Shown here: one piece after another, positions 38,914 to 50,167 of the stretch
How the letters are laid out: every line of letters begins with the position of its first letter
Position numbering within the stretch: the stretch's first letter is position 1
Assembly (NCBI GenBank): GCA_030704615.1
Contig: CM060734.1
Span: forward strand, 30,008,001 to 30,072,000
DNA from: Takakia lepidozioides
Taxonomy: Eukaryota; Plantae; Bryophyta
Direction of reading: 5' to 3'
DNA length: 64,000 bases
Position numbers and translations under genes: made by a program
The notes under the pieces: generated by a model
What the model saw: only the letters and a program-made list of their open reading frames with translations
Database searches by the model: none
What the model was told of the DNA's origin: nothing

Positions 38914-41900
38914 TTAATCTTGAAAATCATCCGAATCCTCATCCTGTTCTAGACTGTCCTGCTCCTCCTCCACCCCCTCAGTGCCTCTCTCATCTCCAGC
39001 GGACTGCTCGTTGGCCAGGCTTTCGAAAATCCCATCTTCCCCTTGCGAAACTGTCCATCTCACCTCCGTTGGGTCGTCTTCCTCCCTGTCTGCGTCGCTC
39101 TCATCCGCTGAATCACATATGTACTTTCGTACCCATCTACCTGTCTGAGCTGCTGCCAACTCTTTCCTTATCCTTCTGTCCTCCCTAGCCCTCTCCAAAA
39201 TCTGCTCTACTTTACTGGGATTCTCACTTCTTCTAATCGCTGTATTTGCGAGTTTAGCTATAACTAGGAAGGGAGTAGTCCCTCACCGGGCTCGTCATGA
39301 AATCGGCCCCGCAAAGAACGGGACATTCTTCCTGGCAGGAAGTGTAGGCCCTACATGTTTCGACCCGGACCCTGCAATCCTGCACATGACAATCATCAAC
39401 GAGACTAATGAGAACCACAGTCGGGAAATTCGTTTGACATAAATGACCCAGAAGGCTTTGCAAACTTACAATGTTTGCACTCACTCGTATTCCGGGTTCT
39501 CCTCCGCATCAATGTCCACTGTGTCTTCCTCGGACTCCGACGAATCCGAGGAGACTTCCGCTCTGTGGGAGCCTTCACATTCCGTTGCAGCCCCTCCAGA
39601 TGGGATCCCCACACGGATGAATCCTCCTCGTAGGCAAAGAGGTGCCGGTCGGAAAACCGCCCAGCCCACATTGAGGCACCTGTTACAATGCCATCCACAC
39701 ATTACCACATGGCGCTTCAGATGTTGCGAACTACATCCTAACGAGAATTTGCAGAACAGCAGAGATCAAGATTCTGCATACCTGTCCCACAGATGAGGTC
39801 GAGCACTGTGCCCTCCACGTCTGTGCATGTCTCCATAATTGTCTGAATGAAGGCAGGGCTCCGAGTCCGTGAGTACCGCAGGGGTTCCGTTGAAGTGAGG
39901 CTATGAGGGAGAAGTTCCTTGGGAACGTTGTTGAACAGAACGTCGTAATCGAGTGGGTCGCAGTTCGGGTCAACCTTTCCTCCCTCCTTCCGGAAAGCAA
40001 AGGTGGAGTTCTCCTTCACAAAGCAGTATGCATCGAACTGCTTCGTCTGCATACACAGGGGGAAAACGATTAGAAACCGAATGCGGCACCGCATTTGAAA
40101 ACACCCAAGCAAATGAAAGGACGAGTGCCAGTGTCGTAATCACCTTCTTCCCTTCCGACCGAAGGCCCAGTGTGTTGATGCACGTCCACTTCTTTTTCAG
40201 AATCGGGACGGCGCTCTTGCGGGTCCACTTCGCAATTCCTGTCTGAGTGTTTTTTCCTCTGCTCGCCAGGACAACCACACAGCCTCTGTCGTCCAACACC
40301 ATGCGGGCAAGCCCGAATCCTTTCTTCCAAAAGTCCTCCGAGTACCTGTTCCAAGATGGCAAAGCTTGCAGTCCTTCCACAGGCTCTCCGTCCGGAATAT
40401 CCAAGATGATCATATCACAAGACCACTCGGTGGCATTTCCGCCCCTCCTACAATCCTTGTCTGCACACACCCTCTCAAAGAACGAGACCATATTCTGAAA
40501 TCCTGGGGTGTCGGTAGGCTCTTCGGCAGTCGCCTTCTTCAGTGCTCTGCCCTTCAGACCCTCCATGGTCTTCAGGTATGCCAACTTGGCTGCCCGTCCA
40601 TCCAAAGCCGCCAAGAAACTCTCATTTACACACTGGACTACAGTTTCGGGAGCCACTTTCGGCCTCTTCATTTCCACCGGCTCGAAAGGGTGCCCCCCTG
40701 GGGGGTTGAAGAGTGCCTTCTTTGCCGAGCCAGTTCTCGTGCCTCTCGTGACAACGGTGGGCACAGGGGAGGCAGCCTGCGTTTGGGGGGGTGGGCTGGT
40801 TGCAAAGTCTCCATCGGAGTCCTCTTCCTCACCCTCTTCCTGAACAGGCTGTTTCTGCTTCTTCGTTTTGGCGGGTGTCACAACAGCTGCTCCTTGTTGG
40901 CGAGTCCTCTTCTTTGACCCCTTCTGTTGGGCCTGCACAGCTGCATCCACCGTCTTTTGTGCCATCTCAGCTGCCTTTCTGGATTCTTCCAGAGCAGCAG
41001 ATTCCTTTGCCGACTTTGGCCCAGCAGGGACACGTCTTTCCTTTCTCTTCTCTTCTGCCAAGGCGTGCAGATCTTTCTCAGACTCGTCAACAATACCGCC
41101 AGACATGTCCAGGTACCACGGGCATCCAACGAGATGCGCGGGATGCCATTGTTTCTGCATCTCGGGTGTGTAGACACAGCTTGGGCCGCCACGGTCGAAG
41201 CCATGAAGAAGGGGGCTCTTGAGCCAGGGCCCCTGTCTGAAGGAGCACGTATTTCATATACCTGCAAGGCAGTCAGCATGCGTGAGCAAAACTTGAGACC
41301 AACCTACTGGCAGAGTGCCACCGAAAACATGAAATGCGAATGCGGTGCCGCATTTCCGAGACAAACCTCGTAACCAGGCTTCACATACAAGGGCAGCTGT
41401 GCTTCACCTGTAAACAATTCGCATTGCAGCTTTCCCCGCTCCCTCCTGATGTGTAAACTCCACGCTCCTTCTTGCTGTCTGTAGCTCTCTGGCGAAAAGG
41501 TGTCCTTGTACGCACATCTGAAACGTGTCACGTAGTCTTCCAATGTCTGCGTTCCATCCCATTTGACGTACAAGCCGAACGAATTTGTGTGCATTACGAC
41601 TTGCTCCTTCGCATTCGACATTACCTGCGATTCCCAAATGCATTGTCACGTAGCAGTTCAGGGAATTCATTTCAGAAAAGCAAATCTGGGGAAGTACCTT
41701 GAATTACCTGGAACCACCAAGTCATGCGGTTGAGCCACTCATCCACTGCAGGGTCGGAAACTTCGAGTGGAAAAGACCACATTGTCCTTATGCTCTCGGA
41801 TGCATTCCAGATCGACAGCCACCGTGTCTGCCATTTCCGATCCAATGTCAGGAGCTGGAAGAGAGTGGCTATTGCTAGGAAGGAACTTCAGTGCATTGAA

Positions 41901-44023
41901 ACCTCACCTTCTCTTTCGCCTCCACACATGCCGTTGAGAGGTGATGCAGTTTCTCCAATTGCATGGTCGGCTGCATGGCCCGAGAATAGTGTTTTGCAAT
42001 CTCGGGGATGAAGTCCTTTCCAAGTGCCGGATCTGCAATTGCCACCAGCTTCACAAGCTTTGACTTGTATTTGGTTCTGGACTTGACACCGGCTTCCTTC
42101 AAGTGCTCAGTCAATGACTGCAACGTTTTGACCTGCCCCTCACTTTCCATGAAGAAGCGTTTGGCATGGGCCAAATCCAGCTTGATGTTTGACTGCCAAC
42201 AAAAACATGCAGAAGCGTTACATTCGATTCATGTGGAAACATTACTGAAATTGGGGAAGGATGAGCAGAGGGAAATTGGAGGACGACTTACTTCGTATAT
42301 CACCTCCACCATTCCATCCATAGTGAGACGATACCATGTCCGGTCTGTTTTTGCAACGGCTTTCTGAATGAGCTCGGGCTCCAGCATTTCCGCAAACATC
42401 TGCGGATCAGTGAGACCAGTTTTCCTCACCCTGTACAGCATGTGTGCCATGTGGGTATGCACGTACGCATTTTAGTGACCCTGCAAGGCACACTCTCCAG
42501 TTCAGTACACGGAAGCACGGAAACAAACCAGAATGGAAACCGAAATGCGGCACCGCATTTCGAACGTGCTAGGGAGGGTATGAGTATCTTACGAGTTGAG
42601 GTCCGCCATGGCATTCTTGAGCAGGGAGGAGTCTGCCGCCTTCACCTTGAGGATGACACACTCCACCATGTAATGCCAGCCAATGTGCTTGGCATGGTTC
42701 TGCTTGATGTACTCCCACCAGGCGAGAAGTCGGTGATTCCCGTCCCACACAAAGAACATTTTACCCGACATATGGCCGAAGTCGGGATCACCCTTCAGCG
42801 TCGCCTCGAATTCGTGGTTGCGAGTGTGCCAGTGGGTATCCCACGTTGACAATTCATCGGCAGTGGGTCCACGAGTTTCGCCGTCCTCATTCTCAATGGA
42901 AACGTAAAACGCTGCCGATCCCAGACGGTACCCTTCTCGAAATGCGAACTTGAGCTTATCCACATCTCCGGGAAGGGCCTGCCTGACGATGGGAAGGGAG
43001 ACCATGCGACAGAGTGGGATTCGAAGAGTCCGCTGGAATACCCTGCTGCCCAGAACTCTGCCAATGCTACTGTGTGTCTCTCCAACATTTTATCCGCTGC
43101 ACTTTTGAAATCCTCCGGAGACATGTCTGTAGGTGCCGGTAGTGGCTGAGCAGCTGGAGCATCCTCAACTGGAGCTGCACTCTGGGGCCTGTCTGCGGGC
43201 AATTCTGCCATTGCAGAGGCCTCCTCCGGGCCTGCTTGCTCATCGGTGGTGAGGTCTTGCTGCGAAAGTTGAGCGGCAGCACCCTCCTCCGGTACCAAAT
43301 CGAGATCAACGGTCGATCCCATTGCCTTCGCTGCAGCAGAGTCGGCCCCAACATCTGCAGGCGGGAAATCCTCCAGGAACTGAGCTTCAGCTCGTGGAAG
43401 CGGTTTTGCGGGAGATTGTTCGCCGTCACCCTGATTGCCTTCTGCTTCCTCATCCTTGTAGGTGAAGGTGTCTGCTGCAATTGAATCTGTCTTCTACCCT
43501 GCTGCTTCATTCGCGTTGGGGGGGTGAATCGGCCTGAGCCGGTTCAGAAGCCAGTAGAGGGACGGGCTGCTTCTTCTTCGACTTTGCTGGAGAAGGGCCC
43601 GACCCCTGCTGGCGATTCTCCATGACCGAAGAACGCGAGTCGATCTCTGGGACTTTGAACTTGCCCTTCGAAGACGCGTCTTTGAATCGCAGTGGGCTAG
43701 GCCCGGCAGGAATACCGCGCTCGGGGATCGGGTGGGTGTACGTGCTGCAGCTAGCTCCTCGGACTCTTCCTGCGGCTCTCGGATTCCTGCGATCCCTCCA
43801 GCACGTCCACCTTCCTGTTAGGCATGCAAACATGTTCTGCATTCAAGTCTCCTAGCATTCAGTCTAAGAATTACAGAAGCAAAATGGGGGGTTCGGTGCT
43901 CGATCAGCTGCGCGCAGCCCGATCGCATGGAGCTCTCACTGGTGGCTGGGTTGCCTGAGTGGCCTGCTGCTCGGAGATGGCAATCTCCTCCTGTAGACGC
44001 ATCTGCTTCCTCCCCTTCGGCAT
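38914..44023 (-). pseudogene. Multi-exon MULE cargo gene: ParB/Srx-like domain + beta-class N4C/N6A methyltransferase-like domain; some frameshifts; outer exons uncertain
   Basis: FFVWDGNHRLLAW (42589-43005); CDMIILDIPDG..GLARMVLDDRGCVVVL (motif IV-VI region); RSPAFIQTIMETCTDVEGTVLDLICGTG spliced to ASMWAGRFSDRHLFAYEED (motifs X-I-II); GT-AG introns. Confidence 0.75.
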
Positions 44024-44454
44024 TGGCCTACGTCCGAAGTATAATTTCCGGAGCTTGCGACGAGGTCTCCTGGCTGGTGCACGAACTCCCCCCCTCTCAG
44101 GTTCGAGCATAAGAAGAACAGAGAGAGGAAAAGGGGCCAAAGAGTGCAGATGGAAAGGGCGCGAGAGGGGTGACTGAGGAGACACGACAAAGTAGATGAA
44201 ACGGCGGTGATGCACCACTTGGGTTCGAAAGGGTGGACGAAAGTGTCTCCTCGGGAGTTTGCGTCATTACGAAATTCGAATCGTTGAGGGTACGCCTGCC
44301 GTCCGAAAAACAAACATCATTATCGAACGGTCAGGCCGCGCCGCCTCATGCCCCTTCAGTCAGATAGAGTGCCGACATGTGCAGCAATTCCGTTGCTCCA
44401 CGTGTTCACATTTCAAGGTATTTCCGTCCCAGCGTCTGATGAGTTGGAGCGAAA

Positions 44455-46147
44455 ATGCGAATGCGGCGCCGCATTTCCGTTAAGTACCATCACTCTGCTA
44501 CACATCCGTACTTGCTGGAAGAAATGCGGCACCGCATTTCCGTTCCACCTTCACATACCTTAGTTTTTGAACGGAAAACGGTGCCGCATTTCCGTCCCAC
44601 AGCTCCAAGTATGAGATTCAAAAGGGAAATGCGGCGCCGCATTTCCGTTCTGGAATGTCGAAAGGTGCGATTGGGACGGGAATGAGGCAAACATTTCTGT
44701 TCCGTGGTTCATGATTTTCAATGTGAACGGAAATGCGGTACCGCATTTCCGTTCCCACTTCACATCCGTTACATGATGAATGGAAATGCCGTGCCACATT
44801 TGCCGTTCGGGAAAGTAAGAGGTCTCACCTGGACAGAAATGCGGTGCCGCATTTCCGGTCGGAAAGTTGAAGGTCTCACATGGATGGAAATGCGGCACAC
44901 ATTTCGTACACAGCTCCAGGCCAATATACAAAACGGAAATGCGGCGCCGCATTTCCGTTAGAATGTCGGAAGGTGCGACTCGAACGGAAATGCGGTGCCG
45001 CATTTTGTTCCCGTTGCGCACGATTTTCAGTCAGAATGGAAATGCGGTACCGCATTTCCGTTCTGTAGAGTATTAACGTCTGACGCTGGCGGAAATGCGT
45101 GCCGCATTTTCGTTCCACAGCTCCATGCCTCACATACAAAACGGAAATGCGGCGCCGCATTTCCGTTTTGGAATGTCGGAAGGTGCGACTCCGACGGAAA
45201 TGCGGTACCGCATTTCAGTTCCGATGTTTCAGGATATTTCATCAGAACGGAAATGCGGTGCCGCATTTCCCTTTTGAATCTAATACATTCCGTTCTGGAA
45301 TGTTGGGAAGGTGCGACTCGGATGGAAATGCGTGCCGCATTTCAGTTCCGATGGTTCACGATTTTCAGTCAGAACGGAAATGCGGTGCCGCATTTCCGTT
45401 CTGGAATGTTGGTAGGTGCGACTCGGATGGAAATACGGTGCCGCATTTCAGTTCAGATGGTTCACGATTTTCAGTCAGAACGGAAATGCGGTGCCGCATT
45501 TCCGTTCTGGATAGTATGAATGTCTCAAGGCGGTCGGAATTGCGCTGTATGAAGCTGTCGGAATCGCACTCGGCTCCATGCATCAGATACAAAATGGAAA
45601 TGCGGCGCCGCATTTCCGTTCTGGAATGTCGAAAAGTGCGACTCGGACGGAAATGCGGTGCCGCATTTCTGTTCCCGTTGTTCATAATCTCAATCAGAAC
45701 GGAAATGCGGTACCGCATTTCCGTTCCACCTTCACATACCGTGCTTGTTGAATGAAAATGCGGTACCGCATTTCCGTTCTGGAGAGTATGAATGTCTTTT
45801 AAGGACGGAAATGTGCTGCAGCATTTCTATCCCTCAGCTCCATGCATCAGATACAAAATGGAAATGCGGCGCCGCATTTCCGTTCTGAAATGTCGAAAAG
45901 TGCGACTCGGACGGAAATGCGGTGCCGCATTTCTGTTCCCGTTGTTCATAAATCTCAATCAGAACGGAAATGCGGTACCGCATTTCCGTTCCACCTTCAC
46001 ATACCGTGCTTGCTGGATGGAAATGCGTTACCGCATTTCCGTTCTGGAGAGTATAAAGGTTTCCCCCGGACGGAAACTCGGTGCCGCATTTCGTCGCTCT
46101 GGTGCATGACCAAGATGCAATACGGAAATGCGGCGCCGTATTTCCGT
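44455..46147. repeat. Palindrome array 2: ~32 copies at ~53-bp period in the divergent intergenic region
   Basis: Successive copies near 45143, 45196, 45249; 45376, 45429, 45482; 45860, 45913, 45966, 46019, 46071, 46124; spacers fall into a few recurring types. Confidence 0.95.
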
Positions 46148-46561
46148 CCACCAGCAATCGAAAGAATCACTCGGGACGGGAAATCTGGAACCTGAATGGG
46201 TTGCATTGTTCCGAAACAACACAATTGCGGCCAGTCTTGATGAGCACAACTTGGTTGTCTGACCGTTTTAACAGCAGTCCTGGCACTTGTCAGTGCGAAC
46301 GTTCCTGTCTGCACCGAGAATACTGCTGGATCCACCCTCAGGAGAAACTGTCAGGAGATGTTATTTCGTCGCCGAATCGGCCATCATTGTCATACTCACT
46401 GGCTATGGAATCAAACCTCCCACCTTCATGCATGTAGCTTGAAACAATACTTTCCACTTCAATGTGCGACTTCCAATCGTCGATGGACTCCGCATGGTGC
46501 CTGTGAGCCTTGGTCTGTCGCTATACTGAACCTCGCACTTGCCAACTCCGTGCGGTGTTCG

Positions 46562-49500
46562 ATGGCTCCGAATTCCTACGCTATAGTTTGCTGTCCTCCG
46601 CAACTTGGGAGAGCCTGGATCCCAAACGAGGGAGGACTTTGCAGAGTGACTGAAACTTACCTTTGTTCCAAATTCAAGCTCAAACCGGGCACAGTTTATT
46701 TGGAAGAAGAAAGGAAGGATGTTCCTGGACAGGTTGACGAGACCATTGTCGTGCTAGGTAACGACGGAGGTTGCGGAATCGAATGGCACGTTCCCCCGTC
46801 AGACACCATCCTGTACCGAGCTGTGGGAATGCCCATTCCCTTTCCGAATCAGTCGCTGCCCACACCATCCACAAAGGAGTCCGGAAACCGACAGGCGGCC
46901 ACTGCCAACAGAGAGGTATGCAACGATAATCATTCCCGACCTGGACCGTCAAGACCCTCCATAGCTTCTCGTGTGGACGTATTCGACATTTCCGACGAGG
47001 AAGATGATTGCATTGAGGTACCCATGTCCTCCACACGGTCGTTCAAATCCGGCATGGACGTCTCTGTAGGTGCTACGCATGTGCCCTCGAGCATAACTCC
47101 AACCCGGTCCATTGTGCAGCTCCTACGACAACATCACCTCGATGGTTCTCGCTCCGAGCTGGCTGCTCTCGACTATGCCAAATTCCCAGTCAGAAAGGTA
47201 ACGTTTCTGCCTCCCGAAGTCGATGGCAATGTCATCTTCGAGTTTCCACCTGTTTCTTCGTCAAAGAAAGCCTCCGGGATGTTAACAGACATGGATCGAA
47301 AGCATGACGGACACCCCTGGTGTGTGACGAAGACCAGTAGCACGAAAATTGCTGATGGTGTTCGTGTACGATATGTCCTCTGTGCGGGGAAGCTGAGGTG
47401 CCTCAATCCCACCTGCTTCCACTTTCTCTCCAAAGGAGGGCGGAGAAACGAGACGGATTGGACTGGCACAACGCATCATCCATTCATTGTCTCCAGCCAA
47501 GCTCCTGCGGGTTCTTTCAAGTGTGCACATTGCAAAGAACCACCGACGTGCATGTCCATGTGCAGAGCCAAGCAATATTACGTAATCCATTTGCTCCCGG
47601 ACTTGACTAGAGCTTGCATACACGTTGGGGTCCACTGCCACCCCTTGGCGAGAGGCAACATGCGTGAGGCTGTGCAGGAAGCACACGACATCATAAAAGA
47701 GGAGGTGAAATTGAGCCCCGGAGCCAGACCAAAGCAGATTCAGCTGAAGGCAGCCCACAAGATTGCTCTTGGCAAAATCATGTCTGAAGATGGTTCCGAC
47801 CGAGAGCCCTTGACCGAAGACGAGATGCGTGACCTCTTGGAGTCCGTCTCGCACGTTTGTAGTCCGAATGTGCGGAATCACATCGTATCTTGCAAGCAGG
47901 AGTTCGGCAGGGGGTCGGACATGTACTCAATCCTGGAGGTGAAACGAATGACTGGATATGACTACATCCAAGGTAGCAGGTTTCCAGGGCAAGGCAGCGA
48001 ATCCGATCGTTGTTACATTTTCAAAATGTCGACGTGTGGGCCTGGGAGTGGAGTCGACTTGGTCACTCGCATGACAACTGGAAACTTGTCGAATGCTTGG
48101 GTGATGTTTGATCACATCAAGCGAATTACAAACCATCAGTGGGTGACTATGGGTGCGCATGTTTATGACTATCACTCCAAGAGGCTCATGACGATTGCAA
48201 TCTGCGAGATGAAAGGGGAGGACACACAGTCCGAGATGCATCTGTGGGAGGGCATAAACGAGCAGATGGCAAGGGCGGGATTGCCAGAGCCCAATTTCAG
48301 GGGATTCATGGCAGACAACGCTCAGGCCAACTGGGCAGCGGTGCGGCGTGTGTACGGTGAGGACCCCAATGTTCCAATGGAGGGGAAAGAGAGATCCTGT
48401 GGATTCCATTGGATGCAGAGTCTATCCCACTACACTACCAAATTTGTTGCTAGCTCATTCCAGGCTGAACACCGTGTCCTTTGTACGGCGTGGAAGGATG
48501 CACCCACATTTGATGACGCGGAGGTTAAGTTTGCTATCATCGAGGCTTGGTGGAACACGTCAGGTGCAGTGGAGACAACCAATCTGGGAGCATTGCACAG
48601 CTGGTTGGGGTGGTGGCATTTTCGGTATCGACAGTTCGGACAGTACATGCGGGAGGTAGGCTGCTGTCATTTCGTTCATTTGTCTTTCTGTTACGGACAT
48701 TTCGATTGGTCCCTCACCATTGTTTGTGTCCTTCTAGGAGCGGTGCTTGGATTCCGACACGGACATGCCGAACACGAATATGGCAGAATCGGTCCACTCC
48801 TCCTGGCGAGCGTCTTCTGCCGCACATCTGGTGGACGTAGTGACGGCCACAACGGAGGACATCGACAGAGCAATCATGCAGCAAGCCACGTACTACAAGT
48901 TCTGAGCGGCAAACAATGGGGCTTTGGGCCGGACAGGGAGGAATTGTTGGTACGAACAGCTTCGAGGTCCAAGAATCCAGTGAAATGGGCGACAGCATTG
49001 CGAGAGAAGATCAAAGGGACGCCTCTGCACCGCAGAGGTGAACACCTAGAGGGGGACGTCCGGACTCGCCCTGTCAGGCGGAGGATTGAAGAGGAACCCG
49101 GGTGCGAAGAGGATTCCTGGAGATCCGACAGGAACATTCGGACAGCACCTCGAGGTCCCGTCATGTTGCCGCACAATGTGTCTTCCAGCAGTGGAAGCCC
49201 AAGAAATTCCAGATCGCCGTCGCCTTCAACCGGGGATTTCGTGCAACAAATTCCCACCGCTCCCTTGCCCCACATTCCGCCCGCTGTTATGCAGTATGGC
49301 CAAGCCATTGTGGAGACGACTGTGTCTGCATCACAGTGGAGAATTGCTCGCACAAAGCCGTCGTTTCGAGGAAGGTGTTCCGCAATTCGTGTGGATACAC
49401 GGCAACGTTGTTTAGAGATGATAAGGAGGAATCCAGATGGGGCTGTCCCTGCTCCTACTTTTACAGGAAGATTTGTCCATGCAAAGTTTGCGGAGGCGAC

Positions 49501-50167
49501 AACCACCCAGTTCTGGTTCTGCAGGCACGACATTATGACTTGCGTGTATGGAAAGCCCAAGTACGGCATACAAACAATGCCAGAGGCTCCCCCGGTGTGG
49601 CCGGTGGAACCAGGCTGCGATCTGAGTCAGGTTGAGGCCGACGCCCTTACCGCCGCAGGATTTCGGATGGTGCAGCGCACTGACGTCCCCAGACAACCAT
49701 TTCCGCTTCCACAGCCTCCACCACCGACCCCTGTGAGAGCAAGAACAATGGGACACGACAGCTCTAAGCATCCTACACACCGTTGGGGGAAACCGAAGAG
49801 GCGGCGACCTCCCTCAAAAGTGAACGAGACAAGGATGGGGAATGCACTTCGGATGAACTGTACAATCCAGAGCTCGACAGAAGTGCCCCCACCAGGATTC
49901 GGGCGTGTGTATCAGATGGCCACGGCGGGCTCAGCTGTTCGCAATGAGGTGTACACCATCACCATTTCAGAATTACCCACCTGCAATTGCACCGACTTCC
50001 AGATCATGGCGAACAAGGGGGCATCATACTGCCCTTGCAAGCATTTGTACTACGTGTACCTAAAGAGACTCCGTTGTAATTCCACAACTCATCACTTCAT
50101 ACATGCACCAGGGTTGAGCCCCCAGGAGGTTCACACTCTTCTGAATATGGATCCAGGGGACCAGTGA
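46562..50167 (+). CDS. Mutator-like transposase: GCM-like Zn domain, MULE DDE core, C-terminal SWIM; intron 48656-48737; apparent 1-nt deletion near 48901
   Basis: HPWCVTKTSS..CAGKLRC..CAHC..HVGVHCHP; VMFDHIKR, FMADNAQA, RSCGFHW, spliced NMAESVH; CNCTDF..PCKH. Confidence 0.88.
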   Translation: MAPNSYAIVCCPPQLGRAWIPNEGGLCRVTETYLCSKFKLKPGTVYLEEERKDVPGQVDETIVVLGNDGGCGIEWHVPPSDTILYRAVGMPIPFPNQSLPTPSTKESGNRQAATANREVCNDNHSRPGPSRPSIASRVDVFDISDEEDDCIEVPMSSTRSFKSGMDVSVGATHVPSSITPTRSIVQLLRQHHLDGSRSELAALDYAKFPVRKVTFLPPEVDGNVIFEFPPVSSSKKASGMLTDMDRKHDGHPWCVTKTSSTKIADGVRVRYVLCAGKLRCLNPTCFHFLSKGGRRNETDWTGTTHHPFIVSSQAPAGSFKCAHCKEPPTCMSMCRAKQYYVIHLLPDLTRACIHVGVHCHPLARGNMREAVQEAHDIIKEEVKLSPGARPKQIQLKAAHKIALGKIMSEDGSDREPLTEDEMRDLLESVSHVCSPNVRNHIVSCKQEFGRGSDMYSILEVKRMTGYDYIQGSRFPGQGSESDRCYIFKMSTCGPGSGVDLVTRMTTGNLSNAWVMFDHIKRITNHQWVTMGAHVYDYHSKRLMTIAICEMKGEDTQSEMHLWEGINEQMARAGLPEPNFRGFMADNAQANWAAVRRVYGEDPNVPMEGKERSCGFHWMQSLSHYTTKFVASSFQAEHRVLCTAWKDAPTFDDAEVKFAIIEAWWNTSGAVETTNLGALHSWLGWWHFRYRQFGQYMREVGCCHFVHLSFCYGHFDWSLTIVCVLLGAVLGFRHGHAEHEYGRIGPLLLASVFCRTSGGRSDGHNGGHRQSNHAASHVLQVLSGKQWGFGPDREELLVRTASRSKNPVKWATALREKIKGTPLHRRGEHLEGDVRTRPVRRRIEEEPGCEEDSWRSDRNIRTAPRGPVMLPHNVSSSSGSPRNSRSPSPSTGDFVQQIPTAPLPHIPPAVMQYGQAIVETTVSASQWRIARTKPSFRGRCSAIRVDTRQRCLEMIRRNPDGAVPAPTFTGRFVHAKFAEATTTQFWFCRHDIMTCVYGKPKYGIQTMPEAPPVWPVEPGCDLSQVEADALTAAGFRMVQRTDVPRQPFPLPQPPPPTPVRARTMGHDSSKHPTHRWGKPKRRRPPSKVNETRMGNALRMNCTIQSSTEVPPPGFGRVYQMATAGSAVRNEVYTITISELPTCNCTDFQIMANKGASYCPCKHLYYVYLKRLRCNSTTHHFIHAPGLSPQEVHTLLNMDPGDQ

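Noticed and set aside
44455-46147. CRISPR array call for the interspaced palindromes
   Set aside because: Spacers recur in a few related types, repeats are degenerate, no cas genes are present and the context is a eukaryotic transposon
44259-46437. Many overlapping short ORFs with GNAAPHF / KCGAAF / MRRRIS repeats (also 37954-38952)
   Set aside because: Translations of the palindrome in all six frames, not genes
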